A DNA stretch of 55,378 nt, filler included, from Basidiobolus ranarum (Eukaryota): assembly GCA_040143965.1 (NCBI GenBank). It is 3 parts of 3 records of this genome, joined end to end, with 100 filler letters (N's around TTAATTAATTAA, not from the genome) between each part and the next. Parts side by side here need not be neighbours in the genome. Positions count along the whole stretch, not along the records: positions 1 to 18,419 come from JASJQH010000276.1; 2 more parts are not named here. The stretch is one strand, 5' to 3'. Of this stretch, positions 1-10,893 are shown in pieces (positions within the stretch are counted from its first letter, which is position 1; each line of letters begins with the position of its first letter). Under the pieces are notes generated by a model, which made no database searches, was not told the origin of the DNA, and saw only the letters and a list, made by a program, of their open reading frames with translations. A program made the translations under genes and the position numbers.

Positions 1-455
1 TTGTGAACTATGTCTCTAACTTTGAGGTCCAACACGAATGGTGCATACTGTTTGAGCATGGGACCATACTGCATTATGAGAGGGGCAAGCTTCTTGAAGT
101 CGAATTTCTTGAGTTTTCCAAATAATTCAGCCTCAGCATCGGAGAGCTCGACTTCATAGAGGTCACGTTTGCCATTGTTGGCTTCCTGAGCCTCCACTCC
201 CGTCGCCTGACTACTCTCACCACTTTCCATATCGGATGTTTGTCTTTTGAAAACGGGTTCAAACACGCGATTTCCCATTAACTCGCTGCGACTGTCAACC
301 ATGTCTTCAGCTCTCATTACCTCGCTACTTTCGAAGGAGGGTAGAGCCAAAGCATTGTTTGCCATGAGCAATGGGGAAGCCATCATCAAAATAATTGCCT
401 TCTTCATAATTCCTCCATTGGAGCTGGCAGAAATATCGTTAGTAAAGGCAGTCAT
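1..455 (-). CDS. Secreted prepro-peptide precursor, 3' end runs off the window (signal peptide, KR sites, DAEAE spacer, cationic amphipathic peptide)
   Basis: Open frame from ATG 455 (or ATG 407, MKKAIILMMASPLLMANNALA-LP) to the window edge: ...VFKR QTSD...NGKR DLYEVELSDAEAE LFGKLKKFDFKKLAPLIMQYGPMLKQYAPFVLDLKVRDIVH. TATAAAA on the minus strand near 545-551. Absent from the ORF track because there is no stop in the window. Confidence 0.75.
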   Translation of the reverse strand, partial: MTAFTNDISASSNGGIMKKAIILMMASPLLMANNALALPSFESSEVMRAEDMVDSRSELMGNRVFEPVFKRQTSDMESGESSQATGVEAQEANNGKRDLYEVELSDAEAELFGKLKKFDFKKLAPLIMQYGPMLKQYAPFVLDLKVRDIVH

Positions 456-1678
456 TGTGATGATGAAAGTGAATAAGAGAGTGTGCGAATGGGAGGCTTG
501 AAGAACTTGACTCCGATACCTATTGCAGAGGGATCTTTATCGCTTTTTATATGTGTTCATCTTATGAAACTCCTTACCCCTTACCGTTGAAACAGGAATG
601 AGCAAGCTATTCAAGAATAATTCATGTATAATGCAATTTGTCAATTTGAAAGACTACGTCTTATGAAACCGTATGTTGCATCTTAAAATAAGAATGATAT
701 AATTGCTGGTATCAAGTTGGTAATGGTTACTATCCCCCTGGTTCAAAAGAGTCCCATTAATGATAACTATATTGCGGCTAGAGATTCTTAAGATTTCCTG
801 ATCACCTAGCCTTTGTACGGGAATATTACCAAATGCACTCAAATAAATGGGTGCCACGTCGTTTAGCTACCGAATGTTTGGTAATTGAAATAGAACTCCA
901 ACAAATCCTCAAATTCTTCAGCTTGATCGTATAAATCCGTCTGGTTGTTAAAAATATCGGTAGAATCCTCCTATTGCTCCGAAGCACTCTAGATCAAACA
1001 GTCACACCAAGTTTCAAATATACTCCTGTGGATTTTCGGCCGATCTGTATTGAAGTCTGGTGTATCTTTTCTCCCTCCCTTCCATCGCCTATAGCATGGT
1101 TAAGAGAATATTGATTGAAACAAGTCGAGTCTACTCCATGTAGTGTATAAGCACGAATATAATAGTGCGCTATTATACTATGCTACATGTACGGATCCGT
1201 GGATAGGGTCAATTTGGTGATACGCGCAGTGCGTGTTGCTGCCTAATTTCAGAACCTACTGCTTTCATGCGATGACTGATCAAACTGCTTAATAAGATTT
1301 CCATACAGTATTTACCATATACTCTAATAATGTATGGTATGATGTTGAAAGTTCGCCTACATGTGAACATTTATAAACGATCAAGAATTACTGTATGGCA
1401 TTGGGAAGTAAGAAATCCAATAATGAACAAGTAGTTAATGATATACTGCTCTGTTGTGTGTTTAACGTAGAGGAGTGATTTCTTTTTATATATTTTGAAA
1501 ACTTAATACACACACCCATGTATCTTAATCAATATTGTGCAACCGTGATGGATGATCTATTTTGAAATTTGATCGGTGACGAATAAACGTATCTCGTTAG
1601 TAATATGAGGGAAATTGAAAGTGTTCGTACAGGTAATAAAGATTAATAAAAAGTACCAGTACTCCTTATTCACTGAAC

Positions 1679-3222
1679 ATGAAAAGATACACCGCTGCTT
1701 TAGTACCAGGTAATAAGCCACACGTTAAACTAATATAGAGTTTGTAAATATCTAACCACTCTCTCCAATTCAGGACCTACTGTGGTTCCAGAACATCTGA
1801 TAAAACTCTACCAAGAGAGGTTTTATGGAAGTCCTGATGTAGAGCCCGAATTCTTTACTCTCTATGAAGAAACCTGTAAACATTTGAGTCAGCTTTTAAA
1901 TGTTGACACTTCCGAAGGTTCTAGTGTAGTTATTCAGAGTGGTGAAGGTACATCTTCAGTCTTAATTGCTTCTTCATCCGGATTTGAATTAAACTTTTAT
2001 TTTAGGCATGTTGGCTCTATGGTCTGCTTTAAAGAGTGTTTTACCCTGGCCGTTTGACTCTCCTGAAGAGTATCGTGTTCTCTGCGTTGGTAATGGTGTA
2101 TATGGTGACGGCTTTAGTGACATGGTTAAGCAGTTGAGGTATCCCAACGTTAAGGTTGAGTTAATATCGTTCTCTTATGACGAAGCCATTGATTTGGAAA
2201 AGGTTAAAAAACATATTCAAGATTTCCGTCCCAATCTAGTCACAGGTTTGTGTTACTCTGCTTCCTAGTCTTTTAAACTATTGTAGACACCTGATGCCAT
2301 TATTTTCTACTATTAAAAAGCGGTGCTATGTGATACACCTACTGGAATATTGAACTCGCCGGCGGTGGGAGAAATTGGTAAATACGTACGTGAAGTGAAC
2401 GGACTTTATTGCGTTGATTTTGTTAGTGCATGTGTTGCAGCGCCAGTAGATGTTGACGGATGGTACATCGATCTTGGTAAGGAAATAATGATGATTATCT
2501 ATCCACTTCGATATGGAACGATCTTGCGAACTAACTTTCTTTTCAGGTTTGCTTGGCACCCAAAAGGCGCTATCTTGTGAGAGCACACTCTCGATTGTAT
2601 CAGTTAGCTCTCGGGCATGGGAGCAAATTGAAAAGGTGAATTATGCTGGGTATGATGCTTTATTACCATGGAAGAATGTCGTAAAGGTAACTGAGATTTA
2701 AGCTGTTCTACCATCGCCCTCATGTTTTCTATATATTAACTTGGACTCACTCAATCAGGATCTTTATGCACCCTATACCCATAACTGGCCACACATAGAC
2801 GCACTCAATGAGCAATTGATATTGATTCTAAAAGATATAAAAGGAGAATATAAAAGGCATGCTGAGATTGCTGAATATTGTCGTAAGCGTGCCAGGCAAA
2901 TGGGGCTCAAATTGTGGCTTGACGGCGATGTAGAATACTTGAATTCACCTTCTGTTACTGCCTTAGTTGTTCCTGAAGGAATTCAATGGCAGACATTGGA
3001 TGAAAAGATTAAAGCTCGTGGAGTAGCTCTTGGTGGATCGTAAGTTCCCTGTCGTTTAGCTAATCGACAATATAACTTCAACTAACCAAGATAATATCTA
3101 GATACGGTAAAGGAGCCAATATAATTTTCAGAATTGGTCATATGGGATCTCAATGCAATTTAGAGAATGTCAAATTGGGTATGGATATTCTAGAGGAAGA
3201 ACTACACAAGTTGAAAAAGTAG
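1679..3222 (+). CDS. PLP-dependent aminotransferase class V (alanine-glyoxylate/serine-pyruvate aminotransferase family), 7 exons
   Basis: Spliced motifs: LVPGPT, SGEGMLALWSALKS, GNGVYGDGF, CDTPTGILN, VDFVS, GTQKALS (PLP lysine), PYTHNW, SPSVTA, FRIGHMG. GT-AG introns join the ORF fragments; stop TAG at 3220-3222. Confidence 0.9.
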
Positions 3223-4399
3223 ATAGTTTATAGTCGAAATATATTGCGATATATCTGTTTTGCACTCTCCAATATAAGAAGCCTCTTTACCCTTTTAAAA
3301 TTGCATAAGGTATGAAAATCTTGAAATCCCTCCAAATAAATTTCTTTTGGTTTGAAGCATATGTAACTTTGCCAATCTTATTACACTGATATTTGTTGCA
3401 TTTGTGATCTGGATTGACTCATAAGCAAATGTAAATGATTACAACAGTATAGTAGAGAGCCCTACGTCAGAATCGTATATGACAACTATAAAGTCTTGCA
3501 CTTGACTACCTCTTTTTCTTGGTAAACCAAACATACTCACATATCTGAACATACTTATCTTGTGGCACTAAGCAGTTTACCCTCACAGCAATAGCTAGCT
3601 AAATGGCTTCAATTATTCAAATTTGTACGGTTAAAAACGCGATTGACATCATCATACTATAAGCATAAGATCTTATTTTTACACACTTTTCCGAAAGCCT
3701 CAATAATTAGTGTTTATTTATAGATGTCGGTTATGGCAATCGCTGGACACAATGATCAAATCGGTGAGCTGTGAAGGCCATGAATCGATAGTATTTTACT
3801 GCTTACTGCCTGCACATTGATAAAACGTTGTAACACTGATGTTTGGTAAAGAGGAATAGCCCAAGTTCGTAGGCCAACTTGCGCACAAGACTATCCGTAT
3901 AATGTATTTCAAGCACCTTTTACTGAATGACTAGTCACAGATGCATAAGATGAATTACAGACTCGATCATTTTGACTCTTTTGATCACACATTAAAACCC
4001 AAAGATCGCCCATTGGATGACTTGTGGTTTAAATAGAAGCATTGCATCAGTATTCCTCTAGACCCATTGGGTGACTGAGATGTGTTACATAAATATAAGA
4101 GAGCATGATGACATTAATCAATCGCGCTCGATAGTAGCGTCTACTGAAAACATAAAGGCCAATCAAAGACATTGTGAGTGAAGCAGTCTGTTGATGAATG
4201 ACAAAGGAATTCAGCCATATGTTTCATAGCTCAATTGGTCTTTAGGCCAAAATCATACTATATTTTCCTCAAACACGGATTTTGTTTGCCAAATAACATT
4301 GGAAGACTTTTCAATGTCAAATTCAAGTATAAAGCTAGATAACATCCGAATTTTGTTCAATATCTTCACCTTTCCCTTACTTCTAGAACCTATCCGTAA

Positions 4400-5171
4400 A
4401 TGGCCTACATTAAGACCAATGCAACATGTTGTTGTTGTTTTAACCTCCGAGTTGGATGCTTAATTCTCACTTTTATCCAGCTAGTAATAGGCATTTCATT
4501 GTTGTCGCTCGAGTTCTGAACTAATCTCACTCCTTTAGTTTGTTGGTATAGTGACTACCATTCTAGTAATCTTGAACTGGGCTGGTGTTACTAATTCTTC
4601 GTTCAGTTCTAATAACGTGAACAATGCCAACACAAATTCCACTCTTCAAACCTTGGGCGATATAGGACAATACGTTTCGTTTGGGAGTTTTGTTGTGATG
4701 TTACTGATCGGAATTTTCGGTTTCTTTGGAACCCTTAAAGTATGCCATAATATTTCTCTTACACTTTGATTTTGTCTCTAATTTATTTTCCTCAGTGCAA
4801 GCCATGGATGCTACTTATATATGTCATCATTACGTCCATAATTATAATCGCCGATGCAGTTGGTGTGGTTTTATCATTTATCAATAGACAGTGGTATAAC
4901 GGACTTCTAGCACTAATAGCGGTTAGTAAAAGCCCCATACCCTCTTTCCCTCCGACTGTATACTAACATGATTTTTTAGCTTCTCATCCAAGGATACTTC
5001 GTTTATGCTGTTAACCGTTACCGTAAGGTAACTCTTGCCGCCAGACATGCATTAAACTTTTCTGGTGCTCATGTTCCGGATAGTAACAATCCGGAATACA
5101 CTGGTACACAACCAATGTCTCAGCAACCGGCGAACGTAGTACATGCTCCAGACAAGTCTTACGCTGTTTAG
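4400..5171 (+). CDS. Small four-TM membrane protein with N-terminal CCCC motif (LAPTM-like architecture), 4 exons
   Basis: MAYIKTNATCCCCFNLRVGCLILTFIQL, then hydrophobic exons (ORFs 4551 and 4766). Last exon LLIQGYFVYAVNRYR...DKSYAV*. TATAAA at ~4328. Confidence 0.75.
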
Positions 5172-5770
5172 GCTGGTGGAAATCGATGTAAAAAAACCTG
5201 AATGAGCCTTTATTTCAAGCACTCAATTTTAGAATTATAGCTATAAATGTTTAGTAATTCATTATCATTTTTTGTACCGTTTTTACAGATGTTTTTAAAA
5301 GCAATTTTCCCCCTTGGCCACGCACACCAGCTGTAGTATCATCATCTATAAAAATGATTAACTGGAGACATGTGATATTGCTAGGTTTTTTGACAACAAT
5401 ATAATACTGTTGAGCACCACGGTAATATTTTTGAAATGACGGGAACTTGACCATTTATAACAGCTCAAACTTGTGTCTAACCAGACTGCTCACAGGAAAT
5501 ACATACACCTTTGTTGGATCTCGCCATATAAATCACTGTTGACAATCAAATGTAAATCAATGGGAAAATAACCATTTTATGTTTAAGTTCTGTCTAAGCC
5601 ACCAATCACGCCAACACTCTTATACACAATCTTCGTTTGATCTTAGCAGACATAAGTACAAAGTATACGGTAAGAAAACTGGAAATATGACTATATATAG
5701 TGCTACGATAACATCAATCATATTTTTTAGTACTATCTTGTGCCAAGAGGTAGTATCTTCTGGCATCAAC

Positions 5771-6166
5771 ATGGTGTCTCGGTTTTCTCTTCTTTGTTTA
5801 AAATTGATTGATACGTGTTTCTTCATTCAAAGTGACCCATTTTAACCAGAATTTTTTACGCGCAGTCAGTTCGAATTGGTAGCGTTATTCCGGATAAGCT
5901 CTCAAATATTATCCGTATGAAGAATATCTTCCTTTTGGCGTATGCAATAAACCTAGAGACTTCCTCACTCACGAAGGTGAGTTGGATAGTGTAAGAATTT
6001 ATTCAAGAGTTGAACTAAAAACGATATTGTCATTCTGACACAAAGAGCTCAAGGGCAAAAAAGTCGTCATCTTTGCAGTTCCAGATGGGGTTGAAAATGC
6101 TGAATGTTTTTGAAAAACTGTTACTGATTAATTACTATTTACCACGTTCCTTCACTCCAGATTTGT
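5771..6166 (+). pseudogene. Degenerate Prx5/Ahp1-type peroxiredoxin fragment
   Basis: M/SVRIGSVIPD, frameshift, LKYYPYEEYLPFGVCNKPRDFLTHE/ELKGKKVVIFAVP, then (G)SFTP.IC with broken splice sites. Matches the fungal Prx5 N-terminus (KGKKVVLFAVPGAFTPTC); the remainder is missing. Confidence 0.7.
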
Positions 6167-7913
6167 AAAAGTTCAGGAATCCCCGCAGGGATGGGGTCAA
6201 TGCGTAAAATGGTGATCAGTTTGCCACAAAATAGCAACATAGCATATTTTAGAGTGATTCACAAAAAGGATGTTCAATCTAAGATTTTATACTTTGTAGC
6301 GATATTTAGCAAAATGTACTATAATTCCCTGCTGAGCCATTGAACTCAGCCTAGTGAAGTACACCAGGAATAGCCGTATCAGTTTTTCATGGTAACAGAG
6401 GGGAAACAGTTTTAATGAGAAGTTTCACACTATTGAACAGATGGACCTCCACTACTATAGTATACTAAATTGAATCGCTTGAATTCCTATGCATGGAAAG
6501 TAAAGATTTCTGCGACATTTGTAACTCATAACAAAGGGATGCTCGAGTTTTGGTCTTTACTCTGTTGGACCCAATTCGTCCGACACAAGGAAGAGATGAA
6601 GTTGGGTAGCTTAACTACTTGCTTTATGAGTCAAGCTCTTTTAAGTGGAATCGCAACTTGCTTTTTAATGCGACTTTTCTCTTGATAATAATCTTAAGTA
6701 TGTTTTAATTTCACTCCATTTGGTGATACTGTGTCTGTTCGCAGGCTCGAAGTGGCATGACTTAAATGAAATACAATTTGAAAATGGACAAGTGTCTCGT
6801 AGCAATTCCAAACCTAGACCGAGTCAGGGAATGCAAATGATGGCCTTATGTGGAACTTGCTAGTTCCATATAGATATCAACTGAGTAAGGCACTTTCTTT
6901 ACAGCACTAATTATATACGTCTCAATATCCTTAATGTGCCAGATAAATATAGTATCCCAATAGATTTGTTTGCTTTAAATAGTCGCTTCCATGAGTTTTA
7001 GATGGCAGGCAATGGAGCCATTCCTCCACGTGTCTCAATCATACCATAAGTGTATCTTTAGTTGCTCTTGAACAGTGGACGAGAATCTAGAAGTTGAACA
7101 GATGATTTGTTGAGAAGAGAAACAATCCAGAATAAAAGCATGCTTCTGTAAGCCAATTTAGTCCTTCTTTGTATTGGGTGGAGATGGCTATGTTAGGAGA
7201 AATGACTATCTGTTTTAGCGACCACTAAATGAAATTCAAGTTTGAGCTACATTCATTAGCAAATGCAAACAATCAACTTTAATAACTTGGCATCTTACCC
7301 TGCAGAAAGATTTCTAATATATCGCTAAACTTGGACAACATCGAAACCCAACCTGTGTTAGCTAACTTCAGTTGGTTATAGTCAATGGCAATTGATATTT
7401 CAGTGTCTACGAATAGCCAGGTTTAGTATGCATATTATGAATTTCAATGTATTTATTCCGTTATTATCTAGTCATCACACCAAATGATACCACGAGTCTC
7501 TTCAATGCTAGTAATAATAAACTTGAATGTTCTTTCCACTCCCTAATAATAACTAAAAGAGACTGTCGCACTTTTGTTACCAACCGGAGATTCTGTCACT
7601 TCGATGATTTCACTGGACTCAAGAAACTTGAGTAATTTATGGGCTGCATGGCCAAAAGATTACATCCGCTACTTGGTACAACGATGACTGCATCTATGGT
7701 GGAGAGTTATTGGCATTAGTTATCCTCCTAACTCATTAAATGAATCCTACAGTTTCTCATATTTATCTGGATAGAGTGGAGATGAAGCAAGGTCAAACTA
7801 ATATATATAAGTATCATGAGAGATAGCCTTCCATTAAACGCCCATTGATGCCTCACACACTCAAAGGAATCTTGACAACAACGGGACTAGCAGTTTAGAG
7901 CCTTAGACATATC

Positions 7914-9035
7914 ATGACCCATGAATCGGACTTCACTTATTTGGGTACTAGTTTGTCTGAATTCCTCCTCAGAGTCAAAACTTATACCTTTTTAATTCCA
8001 AGATAGGTGTGTTTGCAACCTAGCAGTGACTGTATGGGTGCTTTATAGAATATTTTCGTCTTCTGCTGGGATTAGTGGATTCATTCCTTTTCGGCGACTA
8101 TTGAATGGTGATTTGAAGCCTATCATTACCCTCCTGTTAACGTTCTCTTTAATTTTGGTAATAACTTCGGATGCATTAGCCACATTGGTCAAATACCAGG
8201 AGGGTTTCATTAATGTCAATACCATTGTTATCTCTAAACCAAAAACCATGTGGCAACCTATCAACTTAAAATTATCCAAAATTGCTGACTCCCTGCTTAA
8301 CTTCAGTTTTGCCTTCTTGACTAGTTCATTGTTCCTTCTTCACTCTTTTTGGCACTTTATGGTGAAAACACTGACTCGAATGAGTTTCATGAGCAGTCTT
8401 GAATTTCGTCTTTATTTGGTGTATTCCTTCTTGAGTCTCGCACTGTATCCCACGCTCCAATTTTGGTATCTACATGATACCGCAAAGGCTACCGTAGGTA
8501 TATCATGAAAATGCATGCGTCTCATAATCTTTTTAACTGTTTCTTTTTCTTTTACTTTGATGCAGGTCATCCCACAGTTTGCATTTTGTGCAGGTATTAC
8601 TTAGACACACTTATCAAATAATCAATCTTTATTAATCTAATCTTTGATTTCTTTTCTGGTAAACCAGAAGGGTGCTTTATTGTCATTTCGGCGGCTTTTA
8701 ATCATGTTCGTCTACGCACCGTATTGCGCGAAATTAGCACAGCGTCGAGAAGCCCTAGTCATGTATCTCAGTTTCTACAGACAAACCTTTGGCTAGGCTT
8801 GTCCCTTACACTTATGTGGGTATCCCTCTTAATTGTTAACGTGGAGTTCATCGGATTTGTTGGTAATCCTTCCAAGTTTACTTCAGACCTACTGCTCAAG
8901 TTATTTAATCTGGGATACCCACTCACATTCATGAATATGTACTCAATCCTCTTACCTGCGGGGCAAGACTATCCTCAAGTGGGAATCGAGAGCTTCGATT
9001 TGGGCTTAAAACCAATGACAGTGTCTTTCGTTTAA
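7914..9035 (+). CDS. Uncharacterised multi-pass (about 7 TM) membrane protein; start exon uncertain
   Basis: Hydrophobic ORFs 8026-8508 and 8724-9035 are joined by short introns and a small exon (VIPQFAFCA). Motifs KYQEGF, SKP..W, FWHFM, SFMSSLEF resemble an orphan fungal 7TM family (from recall). Confidence 0.7.
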
Positions 9036-10893
9036 TTATCCTTGTCACTAATTGTCTACTGATCTTACATTATATTCGCTCATGATTTAATATGCACATA
9101 TCCATAGTTTCGATCATATTTAATGCCTGTCGATATCATCCATTCATTTGATCCCATTTGACCTCATTTCTTCTGCAGTTTTGCTCTTGTTTACTCTGCA
9201 TAATTCTACATGGTACTCTACGCCCCTTTCTCGTTCTCCTTACTTTGTTTTGACGAGACTACTATTCGTTGAGCGGGTAGCACACCATTGACGCAAAAAC
9301 AAATAAATTTCTCTACATACTCATGCATTACCTATTAATGGAACCTAGGGAGTTATAGTAGATTTCCATTAATGTGAGGATACACCCGTCACGAAACATG
9401 TAGGTAATAGGCATAATAGACTTGATCCTAAGTGGAAACGACATCCACATTCGTATTACAACTCCATCCCTGCGGTGAAGGGAACAATACATGAAATTAT
9501 ACTCATAATTAGAGATTCTACCAATTGTTCTGAAGCCAAAAGAATGGTAGAGTTGTTTAAATCCTCTTCCCTTTTCGTTGGTAATGGAATACACCGATGG
9601 AGCCTCTGTTTCCCTTCATCCATGTGTAGGAAACAAACCTTAATCGTTGTCCTGGATGCTTCAGCCAATAAACCTTCATGAGGGAGACAGCATGAGTAAT
9701 GGTGGAGGTCCAATGAATATCACTAGATGTATCCAGTGACACACTTTGTATACAAGTGATGAGCTATGGTCGTCAAAGCTGCCTTTGAGTGTACTCTCGA
9801 TCTAGTGACTGTAGTGGGATTTAAACGGTGTTGATCAAAGTTAAGATGATTGAAAGGTGTATTTCTACTATGTATATATATATATATATTATACAACACA
9901 ATTGTAATGGTATATTTATGGCTTAAGGTTAGGGTTTCAATTGGTTGTATGCTATTATATTGAGCATAGGTCCAACAACCCTGGCCTGATGGAATAAATC
10001 TATTCACTATCCTGCTTACAGCGCAGTGAAGCTACGAAGGCTCAAGAAACCTAGAGGATCAAGTAAACAATGGTCGAGATATGTCTAAACGGTAAGTTGA
10101 TTCTTGAGTTCACTCATGCGGGTGAATTGTGACTTCTATTCATATTCAATTGATGAAAGATCCTGTGAGCATAGCACATAATTCCTGTCCTTATCATCAG
10201 TGATTTATATCTTCATATTTGGCAAGACTACTTCATGGAATCGTTCTCACCTGGGCAATATGCAGCTTTAGTCATCACATGCGAGCTAATTCAAGGGCAA
10301 ATGAGGCCCCAGAAGACATGCTTTTATGTCCTTTGTTGAAACAATACCAAATAAATCACAATTAAACTTCAGCCTGTCTCTAAACCCAAGACACATCATA
10401 ACATCTGAAGCCACATATGGAATGGCATTTCATCTACATACCTTCCGAAATCTCATCAGCAGCAATCGATGGGGCTGCATTGATATATTACTTGAGTCAT
10501 CACTTTAAAAAACTAGAAGATAGGATTAATAACCAATGCCAGGAGACCCGATGAACTAGCATTTTTACTCTTACAGCTACAAATTTCAATATAGATCAAT
10601 CATTCGATTCTCACCATGAAGCATATCAAAAATCTTCCAATCAATGCTAGCAAAATCACCTCCAACGTCCCAACTTTTAACCTGGCCGAGAATATGGTAT
10701 TGGCTGGTAAATAAGTTAGCCAAAACTGTCCATTGATTTATAGATTTTTTGGCTTGCTTTGTTTGAATGTTTTCATTTATAATTGTTCACCTGGCTACAT
10801 ATACTTTCATAGATCCTATTCTTCCTCCACTACTTTACTCCACTTACAATCTCCTGTACCACTTGTGTACTACGGATTTAAGTCATCCGTACC

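Noticed and set aside
6847-6872. 11-bp hairpin, possible Helitron 3' end
   Set aside because: No properly spaced CTRR terminus or other element features; an isolated hairpin can occur by chance.
9328-10007. Cluster of short minus-strand ORFs next to a (TA)n tract
   Set aside because: No recognisable domain or consistent exon chain.
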